NCBI GenBank assembly: GCA_963792965.1
Contig: CAWBYW010000013.1
Location: 160,677 to 224,676 of the forward strand
DNA from: an uncultured delta proteobacterium
Lineage (GTDB): Bacteria > Desulfobacterota > Zymogenia > Zymogenales > Zymogenaceae
DNA: 64,000 nt
Direction of reading: 5' to 3'
In this document: piece by piece, positions 38,356-50,786 of the stretch
Numbering within the stretch: position 1 is the first letter of the stretch
How the letters are laid out: every line of letters begins with the position of its first letter
Notes under the pieces: generated by a model
The model's database searches: none
What the model saw: the letters and a program-made list of their open reading frames with translations, nothing else
Told to the model about the DNA's origin: nothing
Program-made: the position numbers and the translations under genes

Positions 38356-38384
38356 TTGACATTTTTCGGGAAATATTGTATATG
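38356..38384 (+). promoter_or_regulatory. sigma70 promoter of the 3D-domain gene
   Basis: TTGACA-N17-TATATG in an AT-rich region. Confidence 0.6.
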
Positions 38385-38504
38385 AGAAAAACCAGGAGTT
38401 TGTACAGGAACGGCGCCCGCGCCGAAAGAGAAGTTTTTGCGCTTTTTACAGGTCGGAGCGCGGCGGTAGCCAGTTTTCTCTCATGCGTATGAGGGGGTGA
38501 TAGC

Positions 38505-39985
38505 GTGGAGAGACCGGAGATAATAACAATCCTCAAGGAATCCCTCCACTGTCGTGACGAGCGCGAGCAGTACGTGGCGTTTGAGTTTCTATCCGCTGTC
38601 CTCGTGCGGAGAAATGAGCCGCTCGCCAACAGGTCTCGGGCGGGATGGCACCTCGGCCGGTACCAGGCCCGGCGGGCCCTCCTGTGGGGGTGGTCGGCAG
38701 TACGACGGGTACGGCCGTTTATCGTGGATCGATATCATGCGGCTCGTCCGGGCATGGAACTCGCCGCCGGCTCGTTGTCGGCGATCTCTCGAAAGGCAAG
38801 GGGAGTGGCCCACGGCCTCGGGATCTCTGCCGCACTCACGCTCTCGCGGGGAAAGCAGCGGTCGTACGACCTCTGCCTTTGGACAATCGCCGTCCTCGTC
38901 AGGACGTGCGAGGTCGCGGCCGGCGCATACCGAAGAGGGGCCGGGGTCGTCGCTGACATCCGGGTATCAGTGCTTCGCGGTTTGGGGAGGTCACGGCGAT
39001 CCTTCTATCATCTCTACCGTCGACTCGCCGACGGGGTTAAGGGCGGTGCCGGGGCCGTCGCGGGCGAATACCGAAGTGCGGTAGGATCGCTGTATAGGAT
39101 TTTGGCCTGGGTGGCATATGAGGTGGTAAGCTTCCGGGTCTACCTGTACGGCCTCTGCTGCGGGCTGATCGACGGGATCGCGGGCATGCGTGCGGCGGTC
39201 GCGGGCACCTTCCGACGAGCGATGGCGGCCGTGCGGGATGTCTGGGGGTGGGTGACGGACGCCCTTAGGTCGGCGCAGAGGTCCCTGTACCGACTCTGCA
39301 GCCGGATAGCCCGTGCGATCGTGAGTGCGGGCAATGCCGTTGTGAACGGATACCGCACGGCCAGAAGGATCGCCTACATGGAGCTCCTGCCGGAAACGAG
39401 CATCAGGTATATCGTGCCGGCCGTTGTCGTCGTCGTCATCCTGATGTTCGGAGTGAATTGGTATCTTATCGTCAGCGATGTCAACAGGAAGGGCATCTTC
39501 GTGGACATGACCACCTACCGGTGGGGCGATGAGGCTCTGGCCTCGATCATGGTCGGCGAGGCCTACGATATCTATCATCAGGAAAAGATAACCGAAAAAA
39601 AGATACAAGAGCTCCTCGCGTCGGGGAAATATTACGAGCGGGTTATCCATGTGACCGGGTACTACTCGCCGCTTCCCAATCAGACAAAATATGCAACGGG
39701 CAGCTACTGGGGAGATATCGTGCTTAACGGCCGGGGGATCGTGGGGGTGATACGACGCCGGTCTATATCGGCATGGCCGCCGGCCCGCCGCACATGGAAT
39801 TCGGGACCAACCTCATCATCAAGGATCTGGGCAAGTTCGATCTGCCGAAGGTATACACGGTCCACGATCGGGGGGGGGCCATTGTCGGCAACAGGCTCGA
39901 TATCTGGGTCGGCAGGGGGGAGGACGCCATGAAGAAGGCATACGAGATCACCGGGAACTATCGGGTGATCATCGTCGAGAGATAG
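38505..39985 (+). CDS. Membrane-anchored 3D-domain (MltA/Sps-type) protein with 47-aa N-terminal repeats; apparent frameshift at ~39743-39747
   Basis: VTGYYSP...GDTTPVYIGMAA...FGT...VHDRGGAI.GNRLDIW; TM segment IVPAVVVVVILMFGV. Confidence 0.75.
38859..39365 (+). repeat. Degenerate 141-nt (47-aa) coding repeat, ~3.5 units
   Basis: Units start at 38859 (RSYDLC), 39000 (SFYHLY), 39141 (YLYGLC) and 39282 (SLYRLC), each with an AVAGx(Y/F)R-like motif at the same offset. Confidence 0.75.
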
Positions 39986-40130
39986 CGGGTCACTTTTTCC
40001 GACGGACCGGCACGGTCACTTGTCCCTGCCCTCCGATGGGACAGCCTCGGAAGACGGCGCACGTGACGATCTCCAAACCGTGCGGCAGGGAAACGTTCGG
40101 GGAAGATCAGATACAGTCGAATTAGTCAAG

Positions 40131-40156
40131 AGCCGGGCCCCGCGCCCGGTTTTTTT
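40131..40156 (+). terminator. Intrinsic terminator
   Basis: AGCCGGGC-CCCGC-GCCCGGTT-T run. Confidence 0.75.
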
Positions 40157-40232
40157 ATACAATTCTTTAGAAATCCGTTGAATTTTGTGATATTTTTCTA
40201 TACTATGTTTTGGTTATTTTTTGGTGAGGGGC

Positions 40233-41321
40233 GTGGCTAAGGACGATGACATCAAGGATCTGCGCGGGCGGATAGACGCCCTCGACGAGAAAATCATCGA
40301 CCTCCTCAAAGAGAGGATCGCCGTCTCGCAACAGATCGGCGCCGAAAAACAGCGCCTCGGGATGAGCGTCGTCGATCCTACACGGGAAGAGGAGGTCTAT
40401 TCCCGTCTGCTTGCCCTCTGGGGCCACGAGATCCCCGCCCACTACCTGCGGACGATCTACCGGGAGATCATCGGTGTCTCCCGCGCGATCCAGTCTCCGC
40501 CGCGGGTCGCTTACCTCGGCCCTCCGGCGAGCTTCTGTTATGAGGCGGCGCTCGTCAAGTTCTCTCGCCACGGCTCCTTCCTCGCGTCCCAGGGGATCGA
40601 CGATGTTTTCGAGGCGGTGCTGAAAAGCGAGGCGGACTTCGGCGTAGTGCCGGTAGAGAATTCCACTGAGGGAATCGTCAGCGTCACCCTGGATCAGTTC
40701 ATCGAGGTGCCGCTCAAGATCGCGGGAGAGGTCTTTCTCAGGATTACGTTTGACCTGATGAACAAGAGCGGGAGAATCGAAGACATCCAGAAGGTCCTCT
40801 CCCATCCCCAGGGTCTGGCGCAGACGCGCAGGTGGCTCTCCCACAACCTCCCCAAAGCGGAGAGGGTCGCGGTAAGCAGCAACTCCGAGGCGGCGCTGTT
40901 GGCATCGAAGGACCCGACGGTCGCCGCGGTGGCGGGGGAGGAGGCGGGGAAGTTTTACGACCTGTGCGCGGTTCGGCACGACATTGGGGACAAGGTAGAC
41001 AACTACACCCGATTTCTCGTCATCGCTGACCGGCATCCCGGACCCACGGGGAACGACAAGACCTCGCTCCTTTTTTCCGTCAAAGATCACCCGGGTATCC
41101 TGCATAAGGTGCTCGGCCCGTTTGCCGCAAAGGGGATTTCGCTGTCCAAGATCGAATCCAGGCCGTCTCGCAGGGACCTCTGGGATTACGTCTTCTTCCT
41201 GGACCTGTTGGGTCACATCGAGGACCCTAAGGTGAAGGCCGCGGTTTCGAAGATAGAAAAATATACCACTTCCATACGGCTGCTGGGTTCATACCCACGT
41301 GGCGAGATGAGGAGCAGATAA
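40233..41321 (+). CDS. pheA: Chorismate mutase/prephenate dehydratase
   Basis: N-terminal CM domain; AYLGP, VPVENSTEG, SHPQ, NYTRF, KIESRP. Confidence 0.95.
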   Translation: MAKDDDIKDLRGRIDALDEKIIDLLKERIAVSQQIGAEKQRLGMSVVDPTREEEVYSRLLALWGHEIPAHYLRTIYREIIGVSRAIQSPPRVAYLGPPASFCYEAALVKFSRHGSFLASQGIDDVFEAVLKSEADFGVVPVENSTEGIVSVTLDQFIEVPLKIAGEVFLRITFDLMNKSGRIEDIQKVLSHPQGLAQTRRWLSHNLPKAERVAVSSNSEAALLASKDPTVAAVAGEEAGKFYDLCAVRHDIGDKVDNYTRFLVIADRHPGPTGNDKTSLLFSVKDHPGILHKVLGPFAAKGISLSKIESRPSRRDLWDYVFFLDLLGHIEDPKVKAAVSKIEKYTTSIRLLGSYPRGEMRSR

Positions 41322-42418
41322 TGATAGAAAAACTCGTCCCCGATTACATCAAAACGCTGAAGCCCTACCCACCGGGAAAACCGATCGAGGAGCTCGAGCG
41401 CGAGCTGGGCATCACCGGCTCCATCAAGCTCGCGTCTAACGAGAACCCCCTCGGGCCTTCGCCCAGGGCGCTTAAGGCTATCGCGGAAAAGGCCGCCGAC
41501 CTCCACCGCTACCCCGATGGCAGCTGTTACTACCTCAAGGAACGCCTATCGCAGTATCACGACCTTCCGATGGACCACTTTATCGTCGGGAACGGGTCCA
41601 ACGAGATTATCGAATTCATCATCCGAACCCTCGTGCGGACGGGGGACGAGGTCGTCATGGGAGATCCGTCTTTCATTGTCTACCGTCTCATCAACCAGGC
41701 CGTGGGAGGAAAAAACGTCATCGTTCCCCTGAAGGACTGGTGCTTTGACCTGCCGGCGATGAAGCGGGCGATCACGCCGAGGACACGGGTCGTCTTCATC
41801 GACAGCCCCAATAATCCCGTGGGGACGATCGTGAAGGAAAAGGACTTCGCCCGCTTCATGGAGGGGCTCCCGGATCACGTGGTGGTGGTGCTGGACGAAG
41901 CGTATAACGAGTTTGTCACGGATAAAGAGGGCGTCGAGTTTTTCAAGTATCTGAAAGGAAACGTCCCTATTCTGTCCGCACGCACATTCTCGAAGGTATA
42001 CGGCCTATCGGGCCTGAGGGTCGGCTACGGGATCGCGCTGCCGGAGATCGTCTCGATGCTTGAGCGGGTGAGGCAGCCGTTCAATATCAACTCGCTGGCG
42101 CAGGCGGCGGCGACCGCGGCGCTGGACGATACCGAATTCGTAGAAGAAACCCTTTCCGTAACGCGCGAGGGTCTGTCCTACCTCTACGGCGAGCTGGAGC
42201 AGATGGGCCTCTCCTACGTCCCGTCGCAGACAAATTTCATCCTCGTGGATGTCGGCAAACCCGCGGGCGAGATCTATGACGCGCTTCTCCGCGAGGGGGT
42301 GATCGTCCGCTCCATGGCGTCCTACGGACTGGCGACCCACCAGCGCGTTACCGTCGGGACTCAAAAAGAAAACGAGCGTTTCATCAGGGCCCTGAAAAAG
42401 GTCCTCAAGAAAGGATAG
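41321..42418 (+). CDS. hisC: Histidinol-phosphate aminotransferase
   Basis: [33 protein letters not shown]. Confidence 0.95.
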   Translation: MIEKLVPDYIKTLKPYPPGKPIEELERELGITGSIKLASNENPLGPSPRALKAIAEKAADLHRYPDGSCYYLKERLSQYHDLPMDHFIVGNGSNEIIEFIIRTLVRTGDEVVMGDPSFIVYRLINQAVGGKNVIVPLKDWCFDLPAMKRAITPRTRVVFIDSPNNPVGTIVKEKDFARFMEGLPDHVVVVLDEAYNEFVTDKEGVEFFKYLKGNVPILSARTFSKVYGLSGLRVGYGIALPEIVSMLERVRQPFNINSLAQAAATAALDDTEFVEETLSVTREGLSYLYGELEQMGLSYVPSQTNFILVDVGKPAGEIYDALLREGVIVRSMASYGLATHQRVTVGTQKENERFIRALKKVLKKG

Positions 42419-42422
42419 CACC

Positions 42423-43436
42423 ATGATATTCGTTCTCAAACCCGGCCATACTGAAGAAGAGCTTCAACACCTCATTGACCGGATCACGGAAGCCGGGCTC
42501 AAGCCGCACATCTCTCGCGGCGAGGAGCGAACGGTCGTCGGGGCGATCGGGGATGAGCGTATGCTCCAGTTTCTCCCCGTCGATACGCTCCCCGGAGTGG
42601 AAAAGGCGGTCCCGATTCTCAAACCGTACAAGGTGGTAAGCCGGGATTTCAAGAGACAGGATTCGATAGTAAAGATCGGCGGCGTGCCGTTCGGCGGAAA
42701 AAGGGTACAGGTAATCGCGGGCCCCTGTGCGGTGGAGGGGCTCGATATCCTCCGGGAAATTGCATTGGAGGTCAAGACGATGGGCGCCGCCGCCCTGCGC
42801 GGCGGGGCCTTCAAGCCGCGCACCTCACCCTATTCCTTCCAGGGGCTGGGCGAGGAAGGGCTCAAATATCTCGCTCAGGTGCGCGAAGAGACGGGACTTC
42901 CGGTCGTGACGGAGCTGATGGACGTACGTCAGTCCGACCTCGTGGGGAAATATGCCGACGCCGTCCAGATCGGGGCGCGTAATATGCAGAACTTTGACCT
43001 CCTCAAGGAAGTGGGGAGGATGAAGAAGCCCGTGATCCTTAAACGGGGTATGAGCGCCACGATTCTTGAGCTGTTAATGTCGGCCGAATACATCGCCTCT
43101 GAGGGAAACACCAACATCGTGTTGTGCGAGCGCGGGATCAGGACGTTTGAGACCGAGACGCGCAACACCCTTGATATAAACGCCGTGCCGGTGCTCAAGG
43201 AGCTAACCCACCTGCCGGTCATTGTGGACCCGAGCCACGCCACGGGCCGCTGGGACCTCGTAACGCCGACGGCGCTGGCGGGGGTCGCGGCCGGGGCCGA
43301 CGGGATCCTCGTCGAAGTCCATACCAACCCGGAAAAGGCGATGAGCGACGGGAACCAGTCGCTCAAGCCCAAGAAATTTGCCGACATGATGGAGCGGGTC
43401 AGAAAGGTGGCGGAAGCGGTGGGACGCAGTGCGTAA
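42423..43436 (+). CDS. aroF: DAHP synthase (class I beta)
   Basis: [39 protein letters not shown]. Confidence 0.95.
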   Translation: MIFVLKPGHTEEELQHLIDRITEAGLKPHISRGEERTVVGAIGDERMLQFLPVDTLPGVEKAVPILKPYKVVSRDFKRQDSIVKIGGVPFGGKRVQVIAGPCAVEGLDILREIALEVKTMGAAALRGGAFKPRTSPYSFQGLGEEGLKYLAQVREETGLPVVTELMDVRQSDLVGKYADAVQIGARNMQNFDLLKEVGRMKKPVILKRGMSATILELLMSAEYIASEGNTNIVLCERGIRTFETETRNTLDINAVPVLKELTHLPVIVDPSHATGRWDLVTPTALAGVAAGADGILVEVHTNPEKAMSDGNQSLKPKKFADMMERVRKVAEAVGRSA

Positions 43437-43526
43437 GAGAGTCGGGTAGACTCGCGTGACGAGTGATCGAGGCGCACACGAGCGGTAAGTGGCGCGGGTA
43501 AGTCCACGATTTACCCGTGATTTCAT

Positions 43527-44831
43527 ATGCAGCGGGAAATGAACAACGAGCGACTCATACAACGCGCCGGAGGTCTTTGTGGGGAGGTCGTGATGCCGGG
43601 GGATAAATCGGTCTCCCACCGCGCGATCATCTTCGCGGCCATGGCCGATGGAACGTGTCGGATCACGAATTTCCTCAATGCTGCCGACACACGCGCCACC
43701 GCCGACATCATGCAGGCCCTCGGCACATCTATCGTGGAAAAAGAAGGGGCCCTGATCGTGACGGGCAGCGGGGTGCGCGGCTTTACCGAGCCCGAGGTCG
43801 TCCTTGACTGCGGCAACTCCGGCACCACGATGCGGCTCATGGCCGGCTTCCTTTGTGGGCGTCCCTTTTTTTCGGTGCTCACCGGTGACGCGTCCCTCAC
43901 GAGGCGCCCCATGCGCCGCGTCATCACCCCTCTCGGGCAGATGGGGGCGCGGATTTTCGGCAGGAGCGACGGGTCATATCCGCCGCTTGCCGTCGTCGGA
44001 AGAGACCTCAAAGGCATCACCTACGAATCGCCGGTCAGCTCCGCCCAGGTGAAGTCGGCCATCCTGTTGGCCGGGATGACGGCCGAGGGCGAGACGCGGG
44101 TCTCTGAGCCCGAGGCCTCACGAGACCATACCGAGCGGATGATGGGATACCTCGGCATCGGGCTCGTCCGAGAGGGGAGATACCTGACGATCAGTCCCGT
44201 CGGGGGTTATCGGGCCCGGGATATCGAGGTGGTCGGCGACATCTCATCGGCCGCCTTCTTCATCATAGCTGCCCTCATCACGCCGGGTTCCGAGCTCCTT
44301 GTCAGAAACGTCGGGACTAACCCGGGCAGGATCGGGATCGTCGAGGCGCTTATCTCGATGGGCGCTGACATCTCGGTCGAAAACGAGCGGACGATATCGG
44401 GCGAGCCGACGGCCGACCTTGTGGCGCGGTCATCCGATCTTAAAGGGATCGAGATCGGCGGCTCGCTCATTCCCCGGATGATCGACGAGATCCCTGTGTT
44501 CTGTATCGCCGCCACATATGCCCGCGGGACGACGATCGTCCGAGACGCCGCGGAGCTGAGGGTCAAAGAATCCGACCGCATCAAGGCCACGTGCGAAAAC
44601 ATCCAGACGCTCGGGGGAAGGGCCGAGGAGCAGGATGACGGGATGGTGATCGAAGGGGTGGAAAGGCTCGAGGGCGGCCGCGTCGCCTCATTCGGCGACC
44701 ACCGAATCGCCATGTCGGCGGCGGTGGCGGGGCTTGCGTCCGAAAAGGGAGTAACGGTAAGCGACCTCGGGTGCGTCTCAACGTCGTTTCCGAAATTCTT
44801 CGATCTGCTCGATTCGGTCGTCATAAGATAA
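43527..44831 (+). CDS. aroA: EPSP synthase
   Basis: PGDKSVSHR, GNSGTTMR, SAQVKSA, RDHTERM, RVKESDR, DHRIAM. Confidence 0.95.
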   Translation: MQREMNNERLIQRAGGLCGEVVMPGDKSVSHRAIIFAAMADGTCRITNFLNAADTRATADIMQALGTSIVEKEGALIVTGSGVRGFTEPEVVLDCGNSGTTMRLMAGFLCGRPFFSVLTGDASLTRRPMRRVITPLGQMGARIFGRSDGSYPPLAVVGRDLKGITYESPVSSAQVKSAILLAGMTAEGETRVSEPEASRDHTERMMGYLGIGLVREGRYLTISPVGGYRARDIEVVGDISSAAFFIIAALITPGSELLVRNVGTNPGRIGIVEALISMGADISVENERTISGEPTADLVARSSDLKGIEIGGSLIPRMIDEIPVFCIAATYARGTTIVRDAAELRVKESDRIKATCENIQTLGGRAEEQDDGMVIEGVERLEGGRVASFGDHRIAMSAAVAGLASEKGVTVSDLGCVSTSFPKFFDLLDSVVIR

Positions 44832-44936
44832 AAGTGGTCAACAGGAAGAGATATCCGCAGGGCGCGGACTTTTGCGCCTTTGCGGTTTAGTGCTCTTGGC
44901 GCGCGACGCTTTCGAACAAAAGCGATATTTTGGTCC

Positions 44937-45587
44937 ATGAAAAAGAACCTCACCATCGTTATAGACGGCCCGGCGGGCTCCGGTAAGAGCACGGTGAGCA
45001 AACGGCTGGCAAAGGAGCTCGGCTACGCCTACATAGACACCGGTGCAATGTACCGGGCCGTGGCATTGAGGTCGGCCGAGCTCGGGGTAGACCCCACGGA
45101 CGACGGGGGGCTGGCGTCGATCTGTGAGGAGATCACGCTTGAATTCAGGGACGAGCGGCTCTTCATGGACGGCCGCGACGTTTCGAGTGCCATCAGGACG
45201 TCCGGCATGGACAGGCTCTCCTCGGTGGTCTCGGCGCGTCCCTCCGTGAGAAAGGCGATGATCGGCCTGCAGCGCAAAACGGCCCGAAGCGGCGGCGTCG
45301 TCATGGAGGGGCGAGACATCGGAACGGTCGTCTTGCCCGACGCCGATAAGAAGTTTTTCCTGACGGCGGACCCACGGGTCAGGGGGGAGCGGCGCTTCAA
45401 GGAACGGCTCACAAAGGGCGAGGCCGCCGATCTCGAAAGGGTCATATCCGACATCGAAAAGAGAGACAAGAATGATTCCGAGCGGGAGCTTTCGCCGCTG
45501 AAACCGGCCACCGACGCGATCGTCATCGACACAACTCACCTTTCGCTTGGGGAGGTGGTTGAAAAAATATGTGAAAAAATAGTGTAA
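44937..45587 (+). CDS. cmk: Cytidylate kinase
   Basis: IDGPAGSGKST, DTGAMYR, EGRDIGTVV. Confidence 0.95.
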   Translation: MKKNLTIVIDGPAGSGKSTVSKRLAKELGYAYIDTGAMYRAVALRSAELGVDPTDDGGLASICEEITLEFRDERLFMDGRDVSSAIRTSGMDRLSSVVSARPSVRKAMIGLQRKTARSGGVVMEGRDIGTVVLPDADKKFFLTADPRVRGERRFKERLTKGEAADLERVISDIEKRDKNDSERELSPLKPATDAIVIDTTHLSLGEVVEKICEKIV

Positions 45588-45605
45588 TTTAGGACTTTTT
45601 TTATC

Positions 45606-45634
45606 TTGACTAACAGGTCAAAGTGTTCTAACTT
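45606..45634 (+). promoter_or_regulatory. Putative rpsA promoter
   Basis: TTGACT-N17-TAACTT followed by an AT-rich leader. Confidence 0.5.
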
Positions 45635-45732
45635 AAATCTTTTTAGAGTATAATACTTATATATATATCTTATTTAAGGCATATTATCCGCTCTCGCGGT
45701 TGATAGAGAAAAAAGTCAGGGGGTACAACTGA

Positions 45733-47529
<1,797 letters not shown>

Positions 47530-47573
47530 TCACACCATCTCTGATGCGCCACACGTCCTTTGCTCGATACAAC

Positions 47574-47609
47574 TACTGGTTCAGGCCCCGGCCTGAACCA
47601 GTATGTTTT
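47574..47609 (+). terminator. Intrinsic terminator after rpsA
   Basis: TACTGGTTCAGGC-CCCG-GCCTGAACCAGTA-TGTTTT. Confidence 0.75.
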
Positions 47610-47634
47610 ATAGGGTCTATTGTGGAGGTATTCC

Positions 47635-48510
47635 ATGGTCAAGCATAAAGGTATCCTGATCGCGGTGATTCTCGTGTGTCTCGTCATTGTAGTGGCAGGT
47701 ATTGTGGTGTTGTCTACCTTTCTCACGACGGGAGTCTCGCCATTCGCGAAGTCCGTCGCGATCATCGAGGTCAAGGGTGTGATCGCCGGATCGGATGACG
47801 TTATCAAGAAGATCAAGGAATATAGGGATGACGACAATGTCGCCGCGGTCGTGCTCAGGATCAACTCGCCCGGCGGCAGTGCCGCGTCCTCACAGGAAAT
47901 CTATGAGGAGCTCAAGAAGCTTGCAAAGAAGAAGACGCTCGTCGTTTCCATGGGAGACGTAGCGGCGTCGGGGGGCTTCTACATCGCCGTGGCCGCAAAC
48001 TACATCTATGCCAACCCCGCCACGACTACCGGGAGCATCGGCGTCATCGCCGAAACACTGAACGTCGAGCAGGCGCTGAATACCCTCGGGATCAAGGGGG
48101 TTGTCATCAAGAGCGGAAAGTTCAAGGACACGCTTTCCCCCCTGCGTCCAATGACCGAGGAGGAGCGGGCGTTCCTGCAGGAATATATTGATAGTATCTT
48201 CAGGCAGTTCGTCAAGGCCGTGGCCGACGGACGAAAGCTCCCCGAGAGCGAAGTCCTCAAGATCGCCGACGGCAGGGTGTTGACCGGGGAGCAGGCCTTG
48301 AAATTAAAGCTGATCGACGGGATCGGCAACATGGAGGACGCCATCGATATGGCGGCAAAAAAGGCCGGCATCAAGGGGAAGCCCAACGTCATCTATCCCG
48401 AGAAGGAGCGGCTGTCGCTTCTCTCGATCCTGCTCAATGAGATGAAGAGCAGTGTCTCGGAGCGTGTCCTCGGCCAAACGTTCAGTGCCGAGTACCGGCT
48501 GCTTCCTTAA
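47635..48510 (+). CDS. sppA: Signal peptide peptidase SppA (S49)
   Basis: RINSPGG, AASGGFY, TGSIGV, SGKFKD. Confidence 0.93.
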   Translation: MVKHKGILIAVILVCLVIVVAGIVVLSTFLTTGVSPFAKSVAIIEVKGVIAGSDDVIKKIKEYRDDDNVAAVVLRINSPGGSAASSQEIYEELKKLAKKKTLVVSMGDVAASGGFYIAVAANYIYANPATTTGSIGVIAETLNVEQALNTLGIKGVVIKSGKFKDTLSPLRPMTEEERAFLQEYIDSIFRQFVKAVADGRKLPESEVLKIADGRVLTGEQALKLKLIDGIGNMEDAIDMAAKKAGIKGKPNVIYPEKERLSLLSILLNEMKSSVSERVLGQTFSAEYRLLP

Positions 48511-48517
48511 GAAGACC

Positions 48518-49384
48518 GTGAACGCCTTCTTTTCACAAAAGTCCCGGTACGCAATAGGAGGCGTCGCGGCGCTCCTCTTCCTTTGCGCCGTGACGGTCTT
48601 CGCGGCCCAGTACGTCGTCATCAAGATACTGCACAGGCCGGCATCCGAATTAGTGGAAGCAGTAAGGGCGATCCTTACCCCCGGGGGGACCGTGATCGCC
48701 GACACGAGTAACAATACGCTCATCGTCATGGACGAGCCGGCCACCCTCGTGAAGGTTCGGGAACTGGCGGCGGCGATGGATAGTCCGGGACGTCAGGTGA
48801 GACTTACCGTCACCTTCTTTGAGGCGGTGAGCGCCGCAGACGTCGACCTCTTAGTCCGCTGGCGTTACGCGGATGGAGGGTTCTTTATCGGGAACTATGC
48901 GGGTGGAGAAGTCGAGGGCGGCCTCTCCGTAGGGGCGCAGCCCCGGGCGATGTGGAAGAGGAGTACCTCTACCACGACCCAGGATATCCTGGTGATGAGC
49001 GGACAGTCGGGGACCCTCATCACGGGCCAGAGCGTTCCAATCACGACCGAGGTGCTGACCTTCCTTCGCGACGGCGGTATCGTCACGGGGGGCGTGGTCT
49101 TCCGGGAGGTGGCGTGTGGCTTTCAGTTCACCCCGACGATACTTGAGAATGCCGTGAGGATCGATATCGTGCCCATCATGTCCTATTTTACCGACACGAA
49201 GAGCGGATCGATCGCCTTCTATCAGGCCAGGACCTCAGTCACGGTCCCGGCAAATCAGACCGTCGTCATTACCGAGAGCACCGGTGACAAGGGGAAGTTC
49301 GTCGCCGATATATTTTCGGGCTTTTCGTCATCCGGCGCGAAGGGAAAGTTTTATCTGTCGATTACACCGAGTATCGAAGACTAA
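48518..49384 (+). CDS. Short secretin-like protein (NolW/Secretin_N domain plus beta-rich C-terminus)
   Basis: Signal peptide; ILHRPASEL...DTSNNTLIV.D...AMDSPGRQV; start uncertain. Confidence 0.65.
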   Translation: MNAFFSQKSRYAIGGVAALLFLCAVTVFAAQYVVIKILHRPASELVEAVRAILTPGGTVIADTSNNTLIVMDEPATLVKVRELAAAMDSPGRQVRLTVTFFEAVSAADVDLLVRWRYADGGFFIGNYAGGEVEGGLSVGAQPRAMWKRSTSTTTQDILVMSGQSGTLITGQSVPITTEVLTFLRDGGIVTGGVVFREVACGFQFTPTILENAVRIDIVPIMSYFTDTKSGSIAFYQARTSVTVPANQTVVITESTGDKGKFVADIFSGFSSSGAKGKFYLSITPSIED

Positions 49385-49404
49385 AAGGAGGAAAGCACTC
49401 GCCC

Positions 49405-49782
49405 ATGAAAAAGATTGAGACCGCCATCGGCACTCTTAAGACCGAAGTCGCCACTCTGAAGACAACCGTCGAAAAGTACGACAAGGGGCTGCGTGCCAAG
49501 AAGAAGGAGCTGAGACGCGCCCAACGGAAGAAAAAGAAACTCGACGTCCTGAAGGCCTCCGTCGACGCGAAACACGCCCGGGTCATCGAAAAACGCGAGC
49601 GCGCAGACAAGAGGGCAGAGGACCTCCATAAGAAGGCCGAAGAAGCCCGTATTGCCGCCGAGAAGATAAAGGAGGAGAAACCGGCCGCCGAGGCCGAGAC
49701 TCCCACTGAGCCCGAGAGCGCCCCCGAAGGGCGAGACCCCCGCAGAGGGTCAGTAGGATTCATAATCCGTTGCGCGCCATAA
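49405..49782 (+). CDS. Hypothetical Lys/Glu-rich coiled-coil protein
   Basis: AAGGAGG upstream; highly charged helical composition. Confidence 0.6.
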   Translation: MKKIETAIGTLKTEVATLKTTVEKYDKGLRAKKKELRRAQRKKKKLDVLKASVDAKHARVIEKRERADKRAEDLHKKAEEARIAAEKIKEEKPAAEAETPTEPESAPEGRDPRRGSVGFIIRCAP

Positions 49783-49830
49783 CGGGACCGGCGCGGGCGG
49801 TATGCCGATTTTTAGCTATGGATCTTCCGT

Positions 49831-50694
49831 ATGAAGAGATCCCTTCTGGGCGCTCATGTCTCTATAGCCGGCGGGGTCCGCGAGGCCCCCGGACGGGCAT
49901 CGGTACTTCTGATCAACACCTTTCAGATCTTTACCAAGAACTCCAATCAGTGGAAAGGAAAAGAGATCGAGAAAGAAGAGGCAGAGGCGTTCCGGAGATC
50001 GGTGAAGCAGGGCGGATTTTCTCGGATCGTCGCCCACACGGATTATCTCATCAATCCGGCTTCGGCAAATGAAGAGGTCGGCAGGCGGTCTATCCCGAGC
50101 CTCTTGCAGGAGATCGAGCGATGTACCGCCCTCGGGATCAATCTATTGGTGATGCATCCTGGCAGCCACGGAGGCTCGGGAGAGAAGGAAGGGATCACCA
50201 AGCTCGCCCATGGACTCCGTGAAGTCCTCTCTGAGTCGGGGGAGGTAACGGTCCTCTTGGAAACGACCGCGGGTCAGGGAAACGGGATCGGCAATTCCTT
50301 TGAGCAGATTCATTGGATTATCGATGAGTCCGGTATGAATGAGCGGCTTGGGGTTTGTTACGATACCTGCCACACCTTTGCTGCGGGCTATGACATCAGG
50401 ACGCGTGATGCCTACGAGCGGACAATGGAAGAGTTCGACAGGGCCGTGGGGCTTAACAAAATTGGGGCCTTTCACCTTAACGACAGCAAGAAGGGCCCCG
50501 GCTCCCGTGTGGACCGGCACCAGCATATCGGCTGGGGCGAGCTGGGGCTTGATCCGTTTCGGTTCATCATGAACGACCGGAGATTTACGGACGTCCCAAA
50601 GATCATCGAGACGCCCAAGGAAGGCAGCCCCGAGGTCTATGACCGGATCAATCTGGACGTCCTCATGGGTCTGACGGACGCGCGTCCCGTCTGA
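49831..50694 (+). CDS. nfo: Endonuclease IV
   Basis: GAHVSIAGG, HPGS, ETTAGQG, DTCH, HLNDSK, DRHQHIG, ETP. Confidence 0.95.
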   Translation: MKRSLLGAHVSIAGGVREAPGRASVLLINTFQIFTKNSNQWKGKEIEKEEAEAFRRSVKQGGFSRIVAHTDYLINPASANEEVGRRSIPSLLQEIERCTALGINLLVMHPGSHGGSGEKEGITKLAHGLREVLSESGEVTVLLETTAGQGNGIGNSFEQIHWIIDESGMNERLGVCYDTCHTFAAGYDIRTRDAYERTMEEFDRAVGLNKIGAFHLNDSKKGPGSRVDRHQHIGWGELGLDPFRFIMNDRRFTDVPKIIETPKEGSPEVYDRINLDVLMGLTDARPV

Positions 50695-50786
50695 AGCGCC
50701 GACAGTCTTGAACCGAAAAGGCTTCCCTCTGTTCCGCAGGTAAAGAGAGCCGGAGGCCTTTTCAATCGACTCTAAGGATTTTTCCC

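Noticed and set aside
44855-44885. Intergenic hairpin CCGCAGGGCGC...GCGCCTTTGCGG as a REP/MITE
   Set aside because: Only one copy seen in the window and no associated transposase; treated as an ordinary stem-loop.
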